Shown: positions 8,844 to 16,922 of the stretch, piece by piece
Layout of the letters: the number at the start of each line of letters is the position of its first letter
Position numbering within the stretch: position 1 is the first letter of the stretch
Translations under genes and position numbers: made by a program
The notes under the pieces: model-generated
The model's database searches: none
What the model was told of the DNA's origin: nothing
The model's input: only the letters and a program-made list of their open reading frames with translations
Source of the DNA: Candidatus Heimdallarchaeota archaeon
GTDB lineage: Archaea > Asgardarchaeota > Heimdallarchaeia > Heimdallarchaeales > Heimdallarchaeaceae
Direction: 5' to 3'
DNA: 24,000 nucleotides
Assembly: GCA_019057375.1 (NCBI GenBank)
Contig: DXJF01000114.1
Location: 23,787-47,786, forward strand

Positions 8844-9338
8844 ATGAGTCAAAAAATCCTAAACATAGTTGTCGCAGGTATTGAGCACAATAACAAGTGG
8901 TTGTTTATCAAACGTGAAAGAGGAGATTATCAGAAGAAATGGGCTTTAGCAGGGGGGAAAATGCATTTTGATGAAACAATAAAAGAATCAATTTTAAGAG
9001 AAATTAAAGAAGAAACGGGTTTAGAAGTAGAGTGGGTAGGAATTAAATCCATCCTAAATGAAAAACTCAAAGAGAAAGATTCTGGAGAAACAACACAACA
9101 TTTCATTATTATTTTATGTTTAACAAAAGCAAAGAGTGATGATGTCATAAAAACAGAAGAAGGAGAATTATGCTGGTTCACTGAACAAAAAATCAGAGAT
9201 AATAAAGATAAGATCATCCCCTCCGATTATCATATGATAACAAATTTGATTATGAAAGAATCATTAAACCAGATTGTTGAAGTGGAACTATTAAAAAAAG
9301 AAGATGAATTATCTCTTGGTTTATTTGAAGAATATTAA
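8844..9338 (+). CDS. Nudix hydrolase
   Basis: Nudix box 'GGKMHFDETIKESILREIKEETGLEV' fits GX5EX7REUXEEXGU. Confidence 0.93.
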   Translation: MSQKILNIVVAGIEHNNKWLFIKRERGDYQKKWALAGGKMHFDETIKESILREIKEETGLEVEWVGIKSILNEKLKEKDSGETTQHFIIILCLTKAKSDDVIKTEEGELCWFTEQKIRDNKDKIIPSDYHMITNLIMKESLNQIVEVELLKKEDELSLGLFEEY

Positions 9339-10288
9339 TTAATTATTTTCTCAAATTCCTTTGAACTTATTTTAGAACCACTTAAAACAAGAACTACTTC
9401 TCGTCCTTGAAATTTCTCAATCTTTTGGATGAATGATGCAACAGACAATACCGCAGCGCCCTCAACTATCAGTTTGTGTTCTTTGAAAAGCAACCTTAAT
9501 GCGTTTTTAATTTCCTCTTCTGAAACCATAATGTACTCATCTACATATTTTTTGCAAAAATCGAAAGTAATAGAATCGGGTTCGATCCCTCCAGCAGTTC
9601 CATCAGATAATGTAGGTTTTGATTCGTAATCTATTATTCTTCCTGCTTTAATTGATTCATACATTACTGGAGAATTAATTGGTTGGCACCCAATGATTTC
9701 AACTTCCCCAAATTTACTCTTCAAATAGCTTGCAATGCCTGAAATCAAACCTCCTCCTCCGATGGGAATTAAAACAAAATCTGGTTTCCTTAATTGTTTC
9801 TCTAATTCCATTCCTATAGTCCCTTGTCCCGCTATGATTTTCAAATCGTTATAGGGAGAGATAAACTCTATCATGTTTTTCTTAGCATATTCACGTGCAA
9901 ATGTTTCTGTTTCAACACAATCATTTCCGTAAAGTTCTATCTTTACATTCTGCTCTTCTAATGCTTTAATCTTAGTTTGGGATGCATTTTTAGGTAGAAA
10001 TATTATTCCTTTCAATCCCAAAATATCAATTCCATGAGCGAATGCTGCTCCATGGTTTCCAGATGAAGCAGTTATGAACTCACCTTTACTTTCTGTAGTA
10101 CAAAGGAAGATCAGACTATTCATAGCTCCTCTTATCTTAAAAGAACCAGTTACCTGTTGATTCTCTAATTTGAGATATACTTTGCAATTTCCCATTCTAC
10201 TTAGAACTGGAGAGAACTCTAAGGAGGTCTCTTTAATATATGGTCTAATCCTCTCTTCAGCTTCTTGAATTTCTCTAAGTATATCCAT
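9335..10288 (-). CDS. Threonine/serine dehydratase-like PLP enzyme (fold type II)
   Basis: 'QQVTGSFKIRGAMNSL' PLP-lysine motif, 'TASSGNHGAAFAHG', 'VLIPIGGGGLISGIA'. Overlaps the Nudix stop by 4 nt, convergent. Confidence 0.9.
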   Translation of the reverse strand: MDILREIQEAEERIRPYIKETSLEFSPVLSRMGNCKVYLKLENQQVTGSFKIRGAMNSLIFLCTTESKGEFITASSGNHGAAFAHGIDILGLKGIIFLPKNASQTKIKALEEQNVKIELYGNDCVETETFAREYAKKNMIEFISPYNDLKIIAGQGTIGMELEKQLRKPDFVLIPIGGGGLISGIASYLKSKFGEVEIIGCQPINSPVMYESIKAGRIIDYESKPTLSDGTAGGIEPDSITFDFCKKYVDEYIMVSEEEIKNALRLLFKEHKLIVEGAAVLSVASFIQKIEKFQGREVVLVLSGSKISSKEFEKIIN

Positions 10289-10497
10289 TTGTTTCTAAAA
10301 GATAATCTCCGATTTCTATATAAACTTTAAATCTAATCTTCTGATTCTCAATCATCATCTTTTTTGGGGTAAATCTGAAGAGAATTAGTCAAGGAAACTA
10401 AAACCAAATATTTTGGAAATATCATTACAAGTAAAGATTTAAACACCTTCTAGATTTTTCGAGAAAAGGTTTTTACTGAAAAACGAAATGATATACT

Positions 10498-11568
10498 ATG
10501 GCAACTAGTTCTTCTAATGTTTTAAATGAAGGTATTATTACCACTAGAAAAGAAAAAAAAGCGGTACAAAACAAAGCTTCTAGATATCTTTCCATTGATG
10601 TTTTCAGAGGTCTAGCAATAGTCGCAATGATTTTTGTTAATGTGATAGCTCCTTTCAATAAAGTCCCAGCATGGTCAAAGCACGCACTTGATTATGGCTT
10701 AACCTATGTTGATCTAGTTACTCCTTTCTTTATCTTTGCAATCGGCTTAACTTACACAATGTCTTTTAATCGCTATTTCGAAAAAAATGGTTGGTTTCAA
10801 ACATTTCTAAGATTCTTACGAAGGTATGCAGCATTTTATGGCATGGGGATGATAGGAGCTATGTACTTCTTCACAGATAAAGGAATAGTTTTTTCTTGGG
10901 GGGTTCTACAAGCTATAGGATTAGCAGGTAGTTTCACCTTATTCTTTCTAAAGTTTCCAAGAAGTGTGAGATTTGCGGTTGGTATTGGTTTATTAGTTGC
11001 ATATCAATATATTTTGACTATACCTGTAGAAGTAGGTATAGATACTATATCCTTAGCTGATCTAAATTTAGATGATGTTCATGGTGGAATAATTGGAGGT
11101 ATTGGTTTCTGTATTCTACTGCTTTTATGTACAGCAATAATTGATGACTTTCGTAAAACAAACAAATGGTGGATTCTGGGTTGTGGGGGAATTTTTACTA
11201 CAGCAGGAATTATTTTACATTTTGTTTGGAAATTAACAGGTTGGCCGTTATACGGGGGAATCTCCAAAGAGAGGGTCACCGCATCATATATCCTCCTCAC
11301 AGTTGGATTAGGTTCAATTCTTTTCTGGTTGTTATGGTTTATCTATGATAAAAAACAGATTACGAAGAACAGAAGCATTTTACAACCAATTGGGAGAAAT
11401 TCATTTTTTATCTATATAATTCACCCCATAATGATTATGTTAACACAATTAATCTTACCAATCGACACCCACTTTGCACTTGTAATGTTTCTAGGAATAG
11501 TTAGTGTGGTTATTTTGTGGACTGTATCGTTCTTTCTTGATAAGAAGAAAATCTACATAATAATATGA
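10498..11568 (+). CDS. HGSNAT-like / DUF5009-type multi-pass membrane acyltransferase-like protein
   Basis: 'RYLSIDVFRGLAIVAMIFVNVIAPFNKVPAWSKHALDYGLTYVDLVTPFFIFAIGL', typical N-terminal signature of this family; ~10 hydrophobic segments. Confidence 0.8.
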   Translation: MATSSSNVLNEGIITTRKEKKAVQNKASRYLSIDVFRGLAIVAMIFVNVIAPFNKVPAWSKHALDYGLTYVDLVTPFFIFAIGLTYTMSFNRYFEKNGWFQTFLRFLRRYAAFYGMGMIGAMYFFTDKGIVFSWGVLQAIGLAGSFTLFFLKFPRSVRFAVGIGLLVAYQYILTIPVEVGIDTISLADLNLDDVHGGIIGGIGFCILLLLCTAIIDDFRKTNKWWILGCGGIFTTAGIILHFVWKLTGWPLYGGISKERVTASYILLTVGLGSILFWLLWFIYDKKQITKNRSILQPIGRNSFFIYIIHPIMIMLTQLILPIDTHFALVMFLGIVSVVILWTVSFFLDKKKIYIII

Positions 11569-11581
11569 TAAATGAGGTATA

Positions 11582-12499
11582 ATGATGAAAGTAGTAGAAG
11601 ATATTACACAACTCATTGGAGAAACTCCCTTAGTAAAACTAGGAAGGCTCTTTCCAAACTCTGAAATTTTTGGCAAATGCGAATTCATGAACCCTTTAAG
11701 TGTAAAGGATCGTCCTGTTCTGCAAATCTTTAGTGATGCTGAAGAACAAGGTTTGATTAAGCCAGGAGATACTGTGATTGAATGTACAAGTGGAAACACA
11801 GGAATGGCAGTTTCTTTGATTGCAGCCATAAAGAATTACAAAGCAATTTTAGTCATGTCAGAAATACAAAGTATTGAACGACGCCAAATTCTTAGTGCTT
11901 TGGGAGCTGAATTGATTCTGACACCTGCGGAATTAGGGACTGAAGGGTCCCGACAGAAATTAAAGGAATTATTAGAAGAAAACCCTGATTACTTTTATAT
12001 AGGACAGCATGTGAATTCTTCAAACCCCAAAGCCCATTATCTATCAACTGGTCCTGAACTATGGGAACAAACAGAGGGAGAGATAGATATTCTAATTGCA
12101 GGATTAGGTACAGGAGGAACAATATGTGGTGCAGGTAAATACTTGAAGGAAAAAAATCCAAATGTACAATTGATTGCAGTAGAACCTTTTGAATCACCTT
12201 ATATCTCTAAGGGAATATTCAAACCCCACAAAATAATGGGCACAGCACCAGGATTTGTACCTGAAACACTTGACAAGGATATAATTGATGAGATATTTCT
12301 GGTTAAACAAGCTGATGCTTTTGAGATGTGTAGAAAAATGGCATTAATAGAAGGTATTCTAATTGGAATAAGCTCAGGAGCAGTATGTGAGGCAGCAAAA
12401 CAAATTTCGAAAAGAGTAGAGAATAAGAAAAAGAAAATTGTTGTTGTTTTAGCGGATACAGGACAAAGATACTTGAGCGTGGAAGGATTATTTGTTTGA
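11582..12499 (+). CDS. Cysteine synthase / O-acetylserine sulfhydrylase-family PLP enzyme
   Basis: 'IGETPLVKLGRL', 'NPLSVKDRP', 'ECTSGNTGMAVSL', 'ERRQILSALGAELILTP', 'AGLGTGGTICGAGKYL', 'GTAPGFVPETL', 'GISSGA'. Confidence 0.9.
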   Translation: MMKVVEDITQLIGETPLVKLGRLFPNSEIFGKCEFMNPLSVKDRPVLQIFSDAEEQGLIKPGDTVIECTSGNTGMAVSLIAAIKNYKAILVMSEIQSIERRQILSALGAELILTPAELGTEGSRQKLKELLEENPDYFYIGQHVNSSNPKAHYLSTGPELWEQTEGEIDILIAGLGTGGTICGAGKYLKEKNPNVQLIAVEPFESPYISKGIFKPHKIMGTAPGFVPETLDKDIIDEIFLVKQADAFEMCRKMALIEGILIGISSGAVCEAAKQISKRVENKKKKIVVVLADTGQRYLSVEGLFV

Positions 12500-12515
12500 T
12501 TTAAAAGAGGAGTGG

Positions 12516-12535
12516 TGGGGCAGGGCGGATTCGAA
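12516..12535 (-). pseudogene. 3' fragment of a tRNA-Val gene (T-loop, 3' T-stem, 3' acceptor, discriminator)
   Basis: Reverse complement TTCGAAT-CCGCC-CTGCCCC-A. Homology ends abruptly at 12536 and complements the 16869..16922 fragment. Confidence 0.82.
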
Positions 12536-12540
12536 TAGAC

Positions 12541-12562
12541 TCCTTTAAAATGAGGGAAAGGA
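12541..12562. repeat. Subterminal inverted repeat, candidate left-end hairpin
   Basis: tccttt-aaaatgaggg-aaagga, perfect 6-bp arms, 5 nt inside the left tRNA junction. Confidence 0.4.
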
Positions 12563-12586
12563 AGAGTTTTAAGATTGAACGGTAAA

Positions 12587-14542
12587 ATGTACGAGATGAA
12601 AGAGCAAAGAATTCTAGTATTTATTCTGGTATTCTATCTTACTTTAAATGTAAATATAATTAAAGCCAATAGAACTGATACTTTTCTCTTAACAACCACA
12701 AACACCTCTATTCAGGATAATAAAGCATCAACAGTAAGTCAAACCAGTTCATTGTTCATAGATGATGACTCTGATTTCATCACACTTAACTTCCCTGGAA
12801 GTGGAACAAAAGGTGACCCCTACTTAATTGAAAACTATCAAATCATCACCACTGGTAGAGAAGCAGGTATTGATATTCAGAATACAAGTAAACATTTCAT
12901 TATTAGAAATTGTACTATTGAAACTGACAGTTGGGGTATTCGACTAAATGAAATAGCTCCTAATACAGCATCAATCATTGATAATGAGTTCATAGATAAT
13001 GATTATACAGCTATATCCATCTACAATTCAATTGGAGTTACAATTTCCAATAATAAATTCAAAAATAATGACGAAGCATTATACTTAAGGAAATCTAGTT
13101 TCTTAACTATATCTAACAATACGTTTGAAGAGAATTGGCATGGTTTGCTCACATCTGGAACTGATTCATTAATTATAGAAGACAACTTTTTCTATTCAAA
13201 TGTAATTGCAATAAGCATTACAGCAGTTACTGGTTTTTGTATCAAAAATAATGTTTTTAAAAATAATTCCAGATACGGAATGAATCTATATGCAACAGAC
13301 AACACACTGGTTTCGAATAATACATGCAGTGATAGTGGATGGCGAGGAATCCTAGTTCGTCAGTCGATGTTTGTTGTTTTAAACCATAACACTCTTACTA
13401 ATGATGGTATCCACATTGATTATTACTCGGTAGAATATGGAAGTTTTTCAAATAATCAAGTCAATTCTAGAATTCTTGGATTTTTCAAAAATAAGAATGA
13501 CTTAGAACTAAAAGACCCAATTTATGGTCAGTTAATTTTGTCAGACTGTAAAAAGGGAACCATTTCTAATCAAAATCTCTCAAACACAAGCATTGGTATA
13601 ACATTGTACAATTGTGAGAAGACCACCATAATAAATAGTACTTGTAACAATAATGACGGTGATGGAATCCAAATTCATAATTCTGATGGATGTTCAGTGA
13701 GTAATAACACTTGCAATAATAATGATAATGGGATCAGTGTTGTAAACTCAAATCATTGTAATGTATCGAATAATATCTTACTTGGGAATTGGGAGAGCAT
13801 AGAATTAACAAAATCTAACTCAGCAGAAATTAATCTAAACAAATGTTCATTTAACAAAAACCATGGAATAACAATAATAAATTCCGAATATGGATTTGTA
13901 ACTAATAACAATTGTTCAGATAATCATAACGATGGAATTCGAATACTAAGTTCAAATTATTTCGTGATTGCTAACAACTCGTGTATAAATAACAGAGAGG
14001 AGGCAATTTACTTAATAACAACTATTGTTTCTATTGTTTACAATAATCTCTGCAAAAATAACACAAACGGGATATACATCGGACATTCAGGATTTAGTCC
14101 TATTCCTGAATTTGTACCCCCACCTCCAGATTCATATTCGGAAGTAATTTCTAATCATCTTGAAGAAAATAGTAAATATGGAGTTTATCTTAATCGACTG
14201 ACTCAGGATAACAGCATACATCATAATTCCTTCATTAATAATGGTGAGGAAGGAATAGCACAAGCTTATGACACAGGATATAGAAATACTTGGTTTGATA
14301 AGAAGACAAATGAAGGTAATTTTTGGTCTGATATGGGGACCGGATCTTATGAAATTGCAGGAGAAGCAAATTCAATCGACAAATATCCGCTAATGGAACC
14401 CAAAATGATAGAAATGCCGGAAATTCCATCAAATTGGCCAACTTACAGAACTAAATCTAATCCACAAATAATATGCATAGGAATAGTGACATTAGTTATT
14501 CTGAAACGTAGAAAATTAAGATTTAAAAGAAGAAAAATCTAA
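12587..14542 (+). CDS. Secreted/membrane-anchored right-handed parallel beta-helix (NosD/PbH1-like) protein
   Basis: Signal-like N-terminus from ATG at 12587 (the ORF track begins at an upstream TTG, 12575); many ~23-aa repeats of the 'I.NN.f.nN..gI.l..s....i.nN' type; C-terminal hydrophobic helix plus basic tail. Confidence 0.85.
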   Translation: MYEMKEQRILVFILVFYLTLNVNIIKANRTDTFLLTTTNTSIQDNKASTVSQTSSLFIDDDSDFITLNFPGSGTKGDPYLIENYQIITTGREAGIDIQNTSKHFIIRNCTIETDSWGIRLNEIAPNTASIIDNEFIDNDYTAISIYNSIGVTISNNKFKNNDEALYLRKSSFLTISNNTFEENWHGLLTSGTDSLIIEDNFFYSNVIAISITAVTGFCIKNNVFKNNSRYGMNLYATDNTLVSNNTCSDSGWRGILVRQSMFVVLNHNTLTNDGIHIDYYSVEYGSFSNNQVNSRILGFFKNKNDLELKDPIYGQLILSDCKKGTISNQNLSNTSIGITLYNCEKTTIINSTCNNNDGDGIQIHNSDGCSVSNNTCNNNDNGISVVNSNHCNVSNNILLGNWESIELTKSNSAEINLNKCSFNKNHGITIINSEYGFVTNNNCSDNHNDGIRILSSNYFVIANNSCINNREEAIYLITTIVSIVYNNLCKNNTNGIYIGHSGFSPIPEFVPPPPDSYSEVISNHLEENSKYGVYLNRLTQDNSIHHNSFINNGEEGIAQAYDTGYRNTWFDKKTNEGNFWSDMGTGSYEIAGEANSIDKYPLMEPKMIEMPEIPSNWPTYRTKSNPQIICIGIVTLVILKRRKLRFKRRKI

Positions 14543-14551
14543 AGAGTATGG

Positions 14552-14657
14552 TGGGGCAGGCAAGATTCGAACTTGCGACTTCCTCCACTTTTTGTCTGTA
14601 GGTTTTCCACCTTGCAGATGTCAAGGAGGTATCATAGCCAAGCTAGATCACTGCCCC
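14552..14657 (-). tRNA. tRNA-Val(GAC), with 31-nt intron at 37/38
   Basis: Acceptor GGGGCAG/CTGCCCC; anticodon stem CCTCC/GGAGG; loop TTGACA|intron|T with GAC anticodon; intron TCTGCAAGGTGGAAAACCTACAGACAAAAAG folds (TCTG/CAGA, AGGT/ACCT); variable AAGTC; T-arm GCAAG-TTCGAAT-CTTGC; discriminator A. Mature length 75 nt. Confidence 0.93.
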
Positions 14658-14722
14658 TTTTGCCGATAAGCTTTTCGCCTACTTTTCTTTCCTTGTTTTC
14701 TTTAAATGTTTTTTGTTATCCA
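14658..14722 (-). promoter_or_regulatory. Upstream promoter region of the intron-bearing tRNA-Val
   Basis: Minus-strand TTTAAAG box within a ~65-nt stretch resembling the region upstream of the 16869..16922 tRNA fragment. Confidence 0.5.
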
Positions 14723-14939
14723 GCTCTTTTAGTCAAGTAGACAAATTCGCAGAAAACATGGACAAGCTAGCCATATCCTTTGCAAGAAGTATAAACAGAC
14801 AACAGAGAGGAAAAACCCATCATAACAGAAGATTTTATCGAGTTTAAAAACCATTTTGTGGATATTGTTACTGAGTGAATTGGTCACACAAGCAACAAGT
14901 AAAACTCAAACAATTATGTCTCCCTCGTCAAAGGGAGTG

Positions 14940-16808
14940 ATGAGAAGTTATCAGGTGGTGCTCAAGTGTATAGACCAATCCCAAAGAGAAGAGATTAACC
15001 AGAGAATAAAAACATTAGAAGAACAACAAAATCAGCTACTCACCCCTCAAGTTGTCAAGCAAGCAGTAGAACTCTATAGAACCAATCCCAAAGAAGGATT
15101 TTTCACACGCCAACTCTGCAAAAAAGTAGGGAAAAGTCCAAATATTGCAGAAAGTGCTTTCCACTGGTTATACATAGCTATCAAAGGAAAGATAGATAAG
15201 GAGAAGAAAGTGGAAGGGTTATTGAGCTTTCTTTTGAAAAATCCTCAACAGCTGATAGAATGGCTGATTTTTGGTCGTTCCCCTTATACTGAGCGAAGTT
15301 TAGAAAACTATTGGAGACTAAAAAGAAAATATATCATTAACCTCCTCACCAGTACTAGATCCAAAACTGATTCCTATTGGAGAAAAAAACACAAACACAA
15401 CTATTTTGCTGACTTCCTACAATTCAACGACTCCCTTCCTTTTACGTCACAAACTGATATCCTCCAAGCTCTTGATGATGCGCTGTTTTACTACAATCAT
15501 GAATTTTCTCTCATCCCACAGCTTACCAAAAATCAGAAAGCATTTCTGAAAAAACTCCAACTCTTAAAGAAGGAACAAAAAACTGTAGTACCTTTTCTCA
15601 CTTCATGGATCAAAGGTCCTCAAACTTCTCGATGGAAAAGTCTCAAAACTCTCTCCGAACAACTAGCTTCAATTATAGGCAAACCTTCTCGAAAACTCTT
15701 TTCAGTAGTTAGACTGATAATTGTTTTCACACTCTTTGATCATTACATGCAGAGTGTCCCTCAGTTAGTTAAGGCTCTCCCTATTGCTAATGTTGTTCCC
15801 CTACCATTTAAACGAAAAAAGAAAGGAAGATTACCAATCAAATTGCTAATGAAGAAAAACTATGTTATCACCCGTCAAGGGAATGCTCAAGAATTGACTG
15901 ATCAGGTAAAAAAACAAGGATGGACGGAATTTTGTTTTCCGCAAAAGGGAAAACAGCGACTAACAGCTCAAGTTCACTTTCCTAAAAAAGTAATAGGGTA
16001 TATTGGAAATGGTGCACACTTCAAAGTCTTCCAAGTAAGTAGTGGACAAGCTCCTAGTTTCAAACCTAGGGTGGATGTGGTACTCGAAGGAGCTCATGCT
16101 TGCTTCCATTCATCCAAACTTCTTCACCGTTATCTTGCTAATGTTTCTGCAAAGAAAGCTTCTATTCTTGGAGTAGATATTAACCGCTTAGGACAGTATA
16201 TGGTCGTGTTTAACACCCCTATCCCTCTGCCTCCAGATTTACTAAACTTAGCAGCACACTATAAACATCTCAGCACAAAAGTTCTGGATGAGTTGAACAC
16301 AGGTTTTCTCCGTAAAAGAAAAGAGTATGATTCCCACGGGTGTTGTAAACTTAAAGGTGAACTTGACCGTGTTTATACTCGTCGCAGCCGCATCCTTCGC
16401 GAAATCACTTATCTCCTCCCCCACTTTCTTGCTGCAGTAATGGTGAAAAAGAAGTGTAAAGTGTTAAAGATTGAACGTTTAACTGTTGATCCTACCGGCA
16501 CCAGAGGAGCTTTAGCTAAAGCTATTTACACCATGCCCGATAGTTTGTTCATTTACAAAAAAGCAGTGTGGTTAGCTTCTTTGGAGTTAGGGTATGATGT
16601 GCAGTTAGAAGCAGTTCACCCATATCATACCAGCACCATTCATTACGGATGTGGAGGTCTTCTTACTCGTCAAAAAGGTCAGTATGATGTTGCTCCTTGT
16701 AAAAAGTGTGGTCAAAAGGTCCCTACTCATGCTAATGCTGCCAAAAATATTGCTTCCCTTCAAGGTATCTTTCTTCCTCCCGATTCCTTCCCCTCAACGC
16801 ACGTGTAG
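14940..16808 (+). CDS. tnpB: TnpB-like (IS605 OrfB/Cas12-related) protein, atypical RuvC-III
   Basis: Translation carries RuvC-I 'SILGVDINRLGQ', RuvC-II 'LKIERLTVDP', zinc-ribbon-like 'HTSTIHYGCGG...CKKCG' and 'THANAAKNIA'. Most likely ATG 14940; the ORF track starts at TTG 14856. Confidence 0.85.
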   Translation: MRSYQVVLKCIDQSQREEINQRIKTLEEQQNQLLTPQVVKQAVELYRTNPKEGFFTRQLCKKVGKSPNIAESAFHWLYIAIKGKIDKEKKVEGLLSFLLKNPQQLIEWLIFGRSPYTERSLENYWRLKRKYIINLLTSTRSKTDSYWRKKHKHNYFADFLQFNDSLPFTSQTDILQALDDALFYYNHEFSLIPQLTKNQKAFLKKLQLLKKEQKTVVPFLTSWIKGPQTSRWKSLKTLSEQLASIIGKPSRKLFSVVRLIIVFTLFDHYMQSVPQLVKALPIANVVPLPFKRKKKGRLPIKLLMKKNYVITRQGNAQELTDQVKKQGWTEFCFPQKGKQRLTAQVHFPKKVIGYIGNGAHFKVFQVSSGQAPSFKPRVDVVLEGAHACFHSSKLLHRYLANVSAKKASILGVDINRLGQYMVVFNTPIPLPPDLLNLAAHYKHLSTKVLDELNTGFLRKRKEYDSHGCCKLKGELDRVYTRRSRILREITYLLPHFLAAVMVKKKCKVLKIERLTVDPTGTRGALAKAIYTMPDSLFIYKKAVWLASLELGYDVQLEAVHPYHTSTIHYGCGGLLTRQKGQYDVAPCKKCGQKVPTHANAAKNIASLQGIFLPPDSFPSTHV

Positions 16809-16868
16809 GGGACCCATTCAAACGACGGTTAAATAGCCTCTGCAAGTTTAACCAAGTTTCATAACGTG
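16700..16868 (+). ncRNA. Candidate omega/reRNA region at the tnpB 3' end and right end
   Basis: Position only: in TnpB elements the guide RNA scaffold overlaps the tnpB 3' end and right end. A 7-bp hairpin is present at 16827-16853. Exact ends not determinable here. Confidence 0.3.
16827..16853. repeat. Subterminal inverted repeat, candidate right-end hairpin
   Basis: ggttaaa-tagcctctgcaag-tttaacc, perfect 7-bp arms, 15 nt inside the right tRNA junction. Confidence 0.5.
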
Positions 16869-16922
16869 CGCCGACTTCCTCCACGTCAAGGAGGTATCAT
16901 AGCCAGGCTAGATCACTGCCCC
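16869..16922 (-). pseudogene. 5' fragment (54 nt) of an intronless tRNA-Val(GAC)
   Basis: Reverse complement GGGGCAG-TG-ATCTAGCCTGGCTATGAT-A-CCTCC-TTGACGT-GGAGG-AAGTC-GGCG, then homology stops. No T-loop or 3' acceptor follows. Confidence 0.88.

Larger units (their letters stand above)
12536..16868. mobile_element. Putative ~4.33 kb composite element inserted in an intronless tRNA-Val(GAC), IS200/IS605 (TnpB)-like ends
   Basis: Junctions defined by two complementary pieces of one tRNA (20 nt + 54 nt, plus 1 missing nt = 75 nt). Encloses a TnpB-like ORF; short inverted repeats lie just inside both ends (12541-12546/12557-12562 and 16827-16833/16847-16853). No TnpA seen. Confidence 0.6.

Noticed and set aside
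14940-16808. Cas12 effector of a type V CRISPR system
   Set aside because: No CRISPR array or cas1/cas2/cas4 in the window; C-terminal organisation is TnpB-like.
16651-16836. 61-aa ORF overlapping the tnpB 3' end
   Set aside because: Alternative frame of the tnpB coding region; no independent support.
12536-16868. Tyrosine-integrase-type genomic island in a tRNA
   Set aside because: No integrase ORF is visible and the tRNA 3' end is not restored at the junction; ends look more like TnpB-element ends.
12516-16922. Trans-spliced split tRNA-Val (two half genes)
   Set aside because: No complementary leader/BHB sequence was recognised at the break, the split lies in the T-arm, hairpins and tnpB sit inside, and an intact tRNA with the same anticodon is nearby. 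Insertion explains it better, though RNA-seq could overturn this.
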